Position numbers and translations under genes: made by a program. From assembly GCA_964035575.1 (NCBI GenBank), contig OZ037843.1, forward strand, positions 496,001 to 560,000: a DNA stretch of 64,000 nucleotides, written 5' to 3'. This document shows, one piece after another, positions 51,033 to 61,304 of the stretch. Every line of letters starts with the position of its first letter. Position 1 is the stretch's first letter. Origin of the DNA: Rhynchopus sp. YZ270_cl-10. Taxonomy: Eukaryota. The notes beneath the pieces are model-generated. The model worked only from the letters and a program-made list of their open reading frames with translations. It searched no databases and was not told the origin of the DNA.

Positions 51033-52426
51033 TTTCCCCTCTTCCTGCAAAATGTGTCAGTGGAGTGGATTGGGGTGGGATATGGGATAGGGTCTGAGTG
51101 CAAAGGCAGGTCCATTATATTTTAAAAAAATGGGGGAAATAGTTGGCTCTCCCTGTTTTGCTCTCGTTTTCTGCTTTTTTTTTCCCCCCGAAAAAGATCG
51201 GGTCTTTTGTTTGTGCGCTCAAAAGCCGGAAAACAAAAAGGTGAAAAATTGTGTTAAACTGAAGTACCGTTGTTGTGGTTAATTTGAGTACTCAAAAAGA
51301 AACAAGCGAGCTTCTGTATTTTTTTCAATCCGTTTTTGTTTGCCCTGCAGCGCTGCCTCCAATCTTTTTAGAATTTGACAACAAGTTGTTTTATCAAAAT
51401 ATTCTGCAGTCCCAACCCGACCTCCTTCCCTACTTGAAAATGGGGCGGGGGAAAATGCATAAACTTGTGATTCATTGATCGCTTCCAGCAACACACACTT
51501 CTGAAGGGTACTTTTTTTTTTTTTTTTTTTTTTGAAAGGTGAACACAAAAATCCCTGAAGTACAGAAAGTGTGTGTGTGGAGCACAAAGGTAAAACAGAC
51601 AGCAAAGGGGAGAGTCAATCATCCGAGTTTGGAGTGCGGAACATTTCTCTTAACATTACATGTTTGGGTAAAAAAAAAAATTGGGGGGGCTTCGTAGCGG
51701 GAGAGGGAGAGGGGTTGCGGAAGTGGATGCCTGGGGGGGAAACCCCTAGGAATAAGAAGCAAAAAAAAAAAAGGGGGTGAAGTTGTCAAGGTGCAGATAA
51801 CACCTCTGGTACCGTGGGGCAGGTTGCAAAAGCAACAAAAATAGAAAACGACTTCAGGATATGACAGTGAAGCATAAATCATAAATGACAAGAAAACACC
51901 TTTCGTTTATCGCACCGCAGTTGTGTTTTTCACTGATGGATGTGAACGATGTGTATGTTAGTGGAAAACCAAATCCGCTAAAAGCGCGCACCATCCGTCG
52001 TTTTTTTCATTTCTATTTGACAATGCTTGATCATTCGATAAAAAGGGTTTATAAGATGATCCTAAGTCTCTCATACATAGTCACCTTGATCACATTCGTT
52101 ACCACACAGTATCAGCTGCGTTAGATAAAAAAGCCCATCCCACGCCAAACGGTTGCTTCCTTTTTGTTTTTTTTAGAAAACTTGGTGTGTATTTGTGACA
52201 CGAGGACGCACTCCATCATTTTTCTTCTTCAAGAGTTCAACTTATTCTTAGGTTTTGTTTCTTTTGGGTGACAAAAGAAAAACATGAGTCAGTATCCATC
52301 TTCCCCCTTTTGGGGGATCCGATCTGCGCTTACCATGCATTCATTTTGTTCCATTGGGTTAGCTATAGAAACAGTTTAATTTCCTCCCCGCTTTGCATCA
52401 CGAACCAAACGCACCCACCTCCCCCC

Positions 52427-52613
52427 CTAGGTTGGAAAATTCGAATAATTCGTATAATTAATTATACGAATTATAAGGTATTCGGTCCGTATAATACACC
52501 GTATAATACGGTATAATACGGTATACTACCGTTTAATACCGTATAATACGGTAATCGTATAATACGAATTATACGGTATTCGGTCGGGTCCGGGACCGTA
52601 TATAACAACCTAG
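52427..52613. mobile_element. Small MITE with CGTATAATACG repeats
   Basis: CTAGGTTG...CAACCTAG, flanked by CCTCCCCCC on both sides. Confidence 0.7.
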
Positions 52614-53076
52614 CCTCCCCCCCCTATCTCACCCCATCAACCACCCACAGCAGGGCGTGTATCCTCCCCACTCCTTCGGTTCTAAAGTGAAGTTATTAAT
52701 GCAGGCACCTCCCGCTGACCCACGTACGATGCCAGCTGGATGAAAGCACAAAGTTCTAAATTTTAAATACATTTGCCCTACCTATTTCTGCGAGATACTG
52801 CTTACGCATGCTTTCTACCCGACAACACAAAAAAACAGTGTTTTTGGGGCTGGAAGAAAAAAAAAAATCGTGCGCGTCATATCGTGCGTAATCACGCTAG
52901 GTTTTGCATCCACATTAATACAAACCACCGGTAAAAAAAATTGATCACCGCGTTTAAAAAAAATGTTGAAAATGCCAAAACAAAATGGTAGACAGTTTGG
53001 ATACAGGCACACCCTTAGCATGGCAACTCAACACCAAACAACACCCCCTCCCCTTTCCTAGTGGTTGGCTGTATTG

Positions 53077-53187
53077 CACGGTGGGGTCCAACCTCTGAGC
53101 TGGACCAAAAGCTGGAGTCTCAACTAGCGGGTGGCGGCACACCCTCTAGGCTTCCGTTTGACACCAGCTCAGCTGTACCCCACCGTG
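53077..53187. mobile_element. CAC...GTG mini-MITE nested in a palindromic repeat
   Basis: CACGGTGGGGT...ACCCCACCGTG; the empty site is seen in the 3325-3436 copy. Confidence 0.7.
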
Positions 53188-53304
53188 TATGATAATTTCC
53201 TATTCCCTAATACATAACACACATCACATCACAGCTTGTATTGTGATGTGGATTATGTATTATGAATGGGCAGTTATCACAGTACAACCACTACCCTTCC
53301 CCCT

Positions 53305-55791
53305 TCAGTCTTTCTCTATCATTTCGACCAGCGCCGCAGTAAACGCGGTGTACTCAGGGAGACAACGTGACCACTGCTTCAGCTCGGCTTGGTGCACCAG
53401 AGAGTGCATGAAGTTGAGACAGCGTTCCCGCAGCATGTCGCCATTTGGGGTCTCGCACGCTGCGTTCACCTGCGCGAAGGAAAATGCAAGATCGGTCATA
53501 TCCGCCAATGTCTCAAGCTCGGTAAGCAAACGCGCATACACGATCCGCTGCTTCTTGTACGCACGCCTCGAGAACACCAAGGTATACATCGCGTCGTATG
53601 TCAACGAAACCCTCTGGGTAAATGCCTCACACGCAGCCACAATCTTCCTCAAGGTACTGCACCGTACGAAGCACCGCCCCGCCACATTCGCCACCTTCCC
53701 GACAAATTGCACCTCCGTCACGGCCGGCACCTCCATCCCCTGCACCCCACCTGCCCACTTCTCTAGCCTCTCCCTCAACACTCTCGCATTATCTGGCAGC
53801 CTATTTGGATCATCCGCGATCCGTTCATTCTGCCCCGCAACATCAACACCACTGGACCCACCAGAAGGAGGGGGGAACCCTGTACCACGCAGCTCAATGA
53901 GACGGAGGCGTTCAGTGATCATAGCGCGTCCGGTGGTTTGAAAAAGCGCGGATTCTGTGTTAAAGAGCGCCTGGGGTGCCATCTGGGTGTGGTAGTTTGC
54001 GACGTAGCGCAGAGGGGTAGCGAATGTGGTGGCAAATCGTTCGCGTTGTTCTGGGGGTGCGAGAGCGACGCCGCAGTGGATCACGACAGCGAGAAGTGGC
54101 GACAGAATTTCGACCGGGATGTCTTCTGGGTGTATCGAGGCGTGCGCCAGGTCGTCACGACCACGTGGCCCATCCTGCCATATCCAATGATCATATAAGA
54201 CATCCGTTGCCCCATTGCCGAGGAATGGAAGCAGATGGTTTGCACCCGGCGACAAAATTTCGTCCACAGTAACAAAGAGCTCATCCTTGATGGGTGCACG
54301 CCAACGGTGGTCTAGATCATTCACCGCCGCGTAAACCCTACGTAACGCAGATTCGAGAAGCACTGAAACCAACGCTGCCGCTTTGTACACACTGCAGGCA
54401 TCAGATGCAACACCGTTCATACACACCCGACCTCCATTTGCCAAACCCTCAGTTGCGCTGAGTTTTGAAGCCTTTTCTAGATACAATGTACTATAGTAGG
54501 CCTCAAGCGCCTCACCCCATTCGTTCTCTCTCGAGGAAAGAAAAAACGCGCTGTTTGCAACCAAATCCAAAAAGGCGTTTTTCCCGATCCCCAGCAGCGC
54601 TTCCGTCAGCTCCGTCGGTGTAAGATCTATCCCCCGCCTTTTGAGACCTCCGGTCCATTCTTTTAGATCAAAGAGAGGCCCCCCTTTGTGAGCGGACGCT
54701 CTCTTCGCAGTGATGTCCATCAACACAAACGGGGTTTCTTCTGTGATGTAGGATATCCTCTCTGGAAGACCTCGCAGTTTTTCCTCTACCCCAAATCTCT
54801 CCAATGCGTTGGCGTACTTCTTTGCTATTAATGGTTTGGTCTGAAGCATTGCGGCGACCGCTTTAAAACATTCTGCACGAACCTCTTCTTCGCACCCCTT
54901 TACCTCCCCAAAGGGTCGGGTAACATCATATAGAATGTCACCAATACTCACAACACTATGAGGATTTGATATAACAGATTTCAAAGAAACTTTATGCAAT
55001 GAAAGAATTATGTGAAGGAGAAGAACAGCATAAGAAGGATGTAACTCTTCTGCCGAAAGAAAATTGTGCCAAACCAGGTTGCGTAGAGAAAGTCCGTGGA
55101 GAGGGCCGAAAAGGGCGCGGAAGAGAAGGATAGTCTTAACCCCGAGAAGCCTTTTGAGGAATTCATTCTGGAGAAGGTCGGTCGATTTGGTTTCTCGAAG
55201 GGTGATAGCAGCACCACCTCCCCCTTTACCCCTCCCTCCCCATACCAACACCGCGGTTAAGGCGCGCTCCAAATATGAAACACATAGCATGAATGCAACC
55301 ATCTGATCCACTCTCGATCCCTTCATCAATGTTATAACCACCTCAATCACCCCCTTAGGGAAGGTTCGGAGCGCTCTCGGAACCGCGAGACTTTCAAAGT
55401 CCGAATGGAGATCCGATGCGCAGCATTTGAGACGTTCAACAATGGTGAGGTAGCTGGATTCGTCTGGGTGGATCTCATTTTTCTCCCCTTTTTGCGTAGA
55501 TGAAGGCAAATCTCGGGTACGTTTGTAAGACCCCCAGAGGGGTAAAGCAGAGTCGGGAACACATTTTTCGGCAAGCTGGCAGAGATCGAGAAATCCGTCT
55601 TTGTCGGTGAGCGTGGTGGAGGTGGTGGAGGTGGAGGTGGTGTTGTGATTGCCCTCAATCCGGCACAACGTTTGCGTCACATCAAACACAGCAGCCTCTT
55701 CACACTGTGCAGCCAGACGTCCAGGGCTGCCACCACCCAAAATATCTAACACCACACGGGACACTTTGTACCGTGGTGAGACGGCTGGCAT
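53305..55791 (-). CDS. ERMARD: ERMARD-like (DUF4209) protein, 828 aa
   Basis: Long ORF. The motif LERAL...FGPLHGLSLRNLVWHNFLS resembles ERMARD GLNLRNxLWHGF, and there is a second GPRGRDDLAH motif. First ATG at 55791. Confidence 0.8.
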   Translation of the reverse strand: MPAVSPRYKVSRVVLDILGGGSPGRLAAQCEEAAVFDVTQTLCRIEGNHNTTSTSTTSTTLTDKDGFLDLCQLAEKCVPDSALPLWGSYKRTRDLPSSTQKGEKNEIHPDESSYLTIVERLKCCASDLHSDFESLAVPRALRTFPKGVIEVVITLMKGSRVDQMVAFMLCVSYLERALTAVLVWGGRGKGGGGAAITLRETKSTDLLQNEFLKRLLGVKTILLFRALFGPLHGLSLRNLVWHNFLSAEELHPSYAVLLLHIILSLHKVSLKSVISNPHSVVSIGDILYDVTRPFGEVKGCEEEVRAECFKAVAAMLQTKPLIAKKYANALERFGVEEKLRGLPERISYITEETPFVLMDITAKRASAHKGGPLFDLKEWTGGLKRRGIDLTPTELTEALLGIGKNAFLDLVANSAFFLSSRENEWGEALEAYYSTLYLEKASKLSATEGLANGGRVCMNGVASDACSVYKAAALVSVLLESALRRVYAAVNDLDHRWRAPIKDELFVTVDEILSPGANHLLPFLGNGATDVLYDHWIWQDGPRGRDDLAHASIHPEDIPVEILSPLLAVVIHCGVALAPPEQRERFATTFATPLRYVANYHTQMAPQALFNTESALFQTTGRAMITERLRLIELRGTGFPPPSGGSSGVDVAGQNERIADDPNRLPDNARVLRERLEKWAGGVQGMEVPAVTEVQFVGKVANVAGRCFVRCSTLRKIVAACEAFTQRVSLTYDAMYTLVFSRRAYKKQRIVYARLLTELETLADMTDLAFSFAQVNAACETPNGDMLRERCLNFMHSLVHQAELKQWSRCLPEYTAFTAALVEMIEKD

Positions 55792-56082
55792 TGTGGGGCC
55801 TTTTTTTATGTACTCAGCGCAAAAAAAAAAAGGATACAAAGTGTGTGAACTGACCGCGAATTTCTGCGATAAAGGAATTCAAAAATGCGGTGTAATCTGT
55901 TGGGGTGTTTGTCAGAAAGTTGTTGTTTTTGCTTTGTGCTCTTTTTGTTTTGGTGGTCTTTAAAAATGTACTATTTGCTTTTTTGTTTTGTTGTTGCTTT
56001 TGTGTTTTGGATCCATGACCAATTGGTCTTCAGGAATCTTTTTTCGTGTTTTTCAAAATAAAAGAAAAGGAAAAGTTAAAAA

Positions 56083-56153
56083 CTGGTTTCGGCGGTCTGC
56101 TCCCTGACCAGGAAAAGTGCCCTTCGACCGCGCTCATCAGAAGGAGCAAGGGC
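56083..56153 (-). ncRNA. Non-circularly permuted, pseudoknotted hammerhead ribozyme (apparently intact)
   Basis: Minus strand: GCCCTT-GCTCCTT-CTGATGA-G-c-GCGGTC-g-AAGGGC-acttttc-CTGGTC^AGGGAGC-a-GACCGC-C-GAA-ACCAG. All core nucleotides and four helices are present. Confidence 0.85.
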
Positions 56154-56703
56154 TTAAAATAAAAAGTAAAAACATGAACACTTTTGTCGAGTCATTGTTT
56201 TTTTGAGTACACTTTGGAATAATAAAAAAGAGTGATGAAGTCGTTTTTTTGTTTGTGTTCAGGTATCGTAGCTCGCCAACCTGTGGGCAGACAGTATTCA
56301 CATATCAATGGTATACTGTCGTATGAATAGGGCAATTACACATATTCCTTGTGATAGCCTTCTCTTTGTAAGTAAAAGTAGAAAGGCTCTTTAAGCACTC
56401 AACATTAGGTTTTTTTAGTGTGTATCAGTGGGCTCAAGGTTTCGCTACCCCTCAGTTTATGGAACTAGCCAGGTTCCTTAGTCGAACGCACCACCGTTCG
56501 AGGAGAATTTACGCAGCATATGGGGGTTTCCCATAGCAGGCCCCGCGTTTTATATATTGGCAAGTGTGAGTCCTATCGGCTCATATTGCTTGCTCTCTGA
56601 GGTGGTTTAGAAGAAATTCACACACGATAGACAAAAATTGAAAACAGAAAAGGTAGAGTTTCTTGCTGAGGATTACTCCGTTCTTTTATTTGCATTGCAC
56701 TGT

Positions 56704-57556
56704 TGAAGAAAAAGGGTTCAAGAAAAACTGCATGTTGCATCGTGCTCGTAGCATCGATAGGCCACCCCGCAACTGGGTTCGTAGGCTTCTTAGTCTACCT
56801 CGGGCGGTTATTGTAACGAAGACCTTTTGAGAGGCTATAGTTATTAGTAAAACTGCCGTCTAACATGAAAAATCAGCATCGCGTACTGATATCCATGAAG
56901 TACGTAGGCATTGCAGACATTCGTGGAGTCTTTCCCTTCGGATTCCATAGAAAAGAAAAAAAAGGTTTTTGTTTTTTGTTTGATGACATGTACAGCAACT
57001 GTTTTGTAGAGTATGTTTTTCTAAGTTTGTAGACATCAAGTCAAAGAGAAGGGGTGCGTTACTTTGTTTGAGATTACGACTTATCCACGATCTTCGAACT
57101 AAGAAAAGGTTTTCCATAAGACTCAAATAAGAGTGAAGAAAAAGGGTTCAAGAAAAACTGCATGTTGCATCGTGCTCGTAGCATCGATAGGCCACCCCGC
57201 AACTGGGTTCGTAGGCTTCTTAGTCTACCTCGGGCGGTTATTGTAACGAAGACCTTTTGAGAGGCTATAGTTATTAGTAAAACTGCCGTCTAACATGAAA
57301 GATCAGCATCGCGTACTGATATCCATGAAGTACGTAGGCATTGCAGACATTCGTGGAGTCTTTCCCTTCGGATTCCATAGAAAAGAAAAAAAAGGGTTTT
57401 GTTTTTTGTTTGATGACATGTACAGCAACTGTTTTGTAGAGTATGTTTTTCTAAGTTTGTAGACATCAAGTCAAAGAGAAGGGGTGCGTTACTTTGTTTG
57501 AGATTACGACTTATCCACGATCTCCGAACTGAGAAAAGGTTTTTCATAAAACTCAA
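56704..57556. repeat. Tandem duplication, 430-bp period
   Basis: Units start at 56704 and 57134 and are near-identical. Confidence 0.93.
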
Positions 57557-58711
57557 GTAAAAAAGAAAGAGGAAAAGGAGATTTGACATTCAATACGAGT
57601 CGTTCAACCTTATCCTTCTTTTGCAAATGTACTTTTCTTATCATATAAAGCCACGTTTTTATATTTTTTCAATTGTTTGTAAAAAGTAAAAATGGAAAAG
57701 GGTTTTACTCAATCCTCAAATAGGAGTTGAGTGAGCATGTTGGGGTCTGCGGAATCTGTTGGGGTGGTATAAAATAGTAACTCTGATAGGTAAGTAAGAG
57801 GAAAAAAGGTTTTTTCGTTGATTGCACAATTACCCGTTTGAGGGGTGATTGGCGACTGTATCTGAGGAACTATTTCTCCTTTAAGCTACGCTTGTAGGTA
57901 TAACAAAAAAAAGTTTTCAATTTGAACAAACCCTTTCAGGTCAACACTCACCCTCACCCTCCAACCGGTAGTCCTGGAATATTAGGTGTACTCCAGACTG
58001 TCTGGTAACAGCCTAAGTGATCTTCTGAGGTCAAATGAGCAGAAATGAAAACAAAAAAACACAAATTATCATTTTCATTTTTATTTTCAAAAGAGGAAAA
58101 CAAACCAGAAAGGGTAGTTGAAAACGTGCTAAAAGCGTAGCTCGGTCGAGGGGGGAAAGAAGAAAAGTTTATAAGATGACCCTAAGCCTCTCGTGATTAG
58201 ATTATTCATTGGTTTATTCATCAGTCATTTGTTTTTTTTTTGTGTGCCATTGCTACTCGTGGGTGGCAATTTGTTTTAAGTAAGCCTCTCGTGCCTTAGT
58301 CACCTTATCAAAAATGTCAAGAGACCACACCGACTGACATATCAGCCAATCACGTGAACCTGAAAAGGTTTACCCAAGAGTTGGTCCAGTTGTCCTCAAA
58401 GCCGTCACACCCCGAGGGGGGGGAGGTGTGCTGTCTGTTTTCCCTGTTGTGGCAACAACAGGGAGGTCCCCTCCGTATAGCGGTAAAATGGCACCCAACC
58501 GCCGGGACACGGTCCCGGGTTTACTTTGGATAGAGCAAATTTTTTTTTTGATTATAGACTACTATCACCTAGATAGGCAGCCACAGTTTTTCTTTCACAG
58601 GATCCTTAAAAAGAGAGCAAATAGAAGGGAGTACGCTTTGTACGATACCAAGATCGCGTTAGTCACCTTAACGGGGGGAAGAAATTGAAAATTTTGTTTT
58701 GATAGACTACT

Positions 58712-59619
58712 CATACTTGGACCGCCCGAAATATATTTCGGGCGAATTCGGGCGAATTTTTCGGGCGCGGATCCCGAGCGCCCGAAATGTGCCCAAAATA
58801 TATTTCGGGCGTTTTAAAGGGAATTTATACGCAATTCGGGCGAATTCGGGCGCATTTCGGGCGAATTTGGGCACATTTCGGGCGAATTCGGGCGAATTCG
58901 GGCGCACAACCAGTATCTTATGTGTGCTGGGAAGCATGCCACCAGTGTAAAAATCTAACGCTTTATTTGAAAGATTGGCACAAAATTTGTTCAAAGAAAA
59001 AAAAAATTGAGCAAAAATTCCTAGTAGAACCCAACTTATATGAGTGCAGCTCTGTTAGCAGCCACGTATAAAACCGATTTCCCTAACAATTTACACTAAA
59101 ATACTACTAAAAACGTAAAAAGGCGATTTTTCACGTTTTTGGGCATCTCCTGAGCAACTACAGGCCCTAAACACCCCCAGAATGGGTCAGAACCACCCTG
59201 TGACCCGAAAATTCACAAAAATTCACCCTGAAATACGAAAAAAATAGTGAAAACCCGGTTCATAGTGTGTTTTGGGTGGGAATAAGCAAATGATAGTCAG
59301 AAAACCCGTGATTTGGTGGTGATTCTCACGGGCCTCCAAAGTGCACTCAGGTGTACAAAAGTTTTCGATTATTGCTTATTTTGACAGATTTGACATCAAA
59401 TATTTCCAAATATAAAAAGTTTTTTGCGAAAATGAGTAGAACCCTACCTAGTCGGTTTTCACTAAGGAAAAAGCGCCCGAATTCGCCCGAAATCTGCATT
59501 TCGGGCGACTTCGGGCGTTTTCGGGCGAATTCGGGCGCATAAAATCGCCCGAAATCCGCCCCTAATTCGCCCGAAATCGCCCGAAATGCCCGACATATAT
59601 TTCGGGCGGTCCAAGTATG
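58712..59619. mobile_element. CATACTTGG MITE, copy 3 (inverted)
   Basis: Same TIRs; TSD ACTACT. An empty-site paralog lies at ~58550-58640. Confidence 0.92.
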
Positions 59620-60548
59620 ACTACTATCACTAGATAGGCAGCAACGGGTTTTCTTCGCAGGATCCTTAAAAAGCGAGCAAATAGAAGGGAGTACGCTTTG
59701 CAGTAGGAGGTGTGTACTCTGGATAGAGCACATAGAGCAACCACGTACTGCTTTGACAGCGTTAAAGTCATGAGAGTGAATACCAAGTATTTTTTAAAAA
59801 AATAAATAAAAATACCTCCCGCACACCCTGGAAAGGGGGGGGCGGAACAACAACAATGGAATTGCATTTTTTTTATTTACAGCCAAAGTGATTGACCTTG
59901 CTTCAATCTTGCGCACATCGCGCTCATATGTGCCTGTACATCGTTCGGGTGAAAAGAACGTTCCTCCAAAAATGGTGTCAAAAACAGTAAAATCACCTCA
60001 CAAGCCACTGTATGTGTAAAAGGGGCAAAAATAGCCTAAAAACACGGGGAAAAATACCCAAAAAAAAAAGGGGGTCAAAAAAAAAAAATGTATTTTTGCC
60101 AAAGCCCCCAGCCGCCGGAAAATGGTTTTTGGGCACCGCAAAAGGAGATGGTGGACTGTGCACGACAGGCGAATATGTCAACACCAAAAACGGCATGCCT
60201 CGTTCTTGTGGTCAATAGGAGAACATGGCAACATGGCAACGTGCGTCACGACTGCTTAGGCAGAGCGGAGGCCCCAAACGAACGGTTCACTAGGCATACA
60301 CTTGATGCGAGTCGCATGCGAGAATCATTCTCGTTCACATAGAAGGGTTTTGGTCGTGCGAGAATGAGCAAGAATTGTACGACAATGCGAGAATGCGACT
60401 CGATCGAGTGTATGACCAGGGGGATAAAGAAAACAAAAACAAAACAAAATCGACTTGAAACACAAAAACCCTCTCGTGAACAGTGTACCTTTTGGTACAA
60501 ATGACCGGCGGTACCGGGGGTGGACACCCAACCATGCGGTCCTACATC

Positions 60549-60617
60549 CATTTTCGTGGTTTACATCTGATATGTTCTACTCCCGCTTCCACTCATCAGC
60601 CAGATGAATGAAAGGGA
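60549..60617 (-). ncRNA. Non-circularly permuted hammerhead ribozyme
   Basis: Minus strand: TCCC..CATCTGG-CTGATGA-GTGG-aagc-GGGA-gtagaa-CATA^TCAGATG-taaa-CCAC-GAAAATG (one extra A). Confidence 0.65.
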
Positions 60618-60999
60618 TCATTGCAAACACAGGTTAATGGCCTGTGTGATGTATGGTCCGGTTGGGTTGGGTTGGGAAAACAAAACAAAAACAAGGATTA
60701 TAGGTTTGGAAAAATGGGCCTTCCCATACCAGTAAAAAAAACACACACAAAACAAAAAAGACACAAAACGTCACAAAAAGCTCGCCAGAATATTTCTGTC
60801 ACTATTGTGGGTTACTGTGGGAATGGATTGTGAACCTTCCAGGATTGCTTTCTAATCATCGCATTGCACGTAACGGGGGGGGAGAAAAAATGGTGCTGCA
60901 AATTACCAGGTTATTTTGAACTCTGGCTTGCAAGGAAGGGTTGCCAAGGTTGCCGACGGAAGTCGGCTCAATGAAGGCAAAATGGTTACGATATCTGTA

Positions 61000-61155
61000 T
61001 GTTCTGTTCGATGGCGACAGGGCCGGTGTTGACACCAATGCGCACAGTGAGGCCACCCCACAGAGAGTCTTGTGGTGAGCAGATGGGTGCATCCTCACGC
61101 AGCGACGCAGGCCAGTCTGCTGCAAGCAGCTTCTCGTGTACCTGCAGAGCAAACC
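61000..61155 (-). pseudogene. Adenylate cyclase gene fragment
   Basis: FALQVHEKLLAADWPASL...VRIGVNTGPVAIEQN, a near-copy of ~62143-62295, truncated at both ends. Confidence 0.8.
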
Positions 61156-61304
61156 TCAGCCCGGGGCAAGACATTCTCTGCACTCTGCACACCACAGCAA
61201 CAACCCTGATGAACCTGATACTCTGCGGCCACATACAGCAGCGTCTGTAAAGTCCACGCCGGCAGTGACAACGGTGATATAGTTGACATGGAGCAGGTGG
61301 CGTA

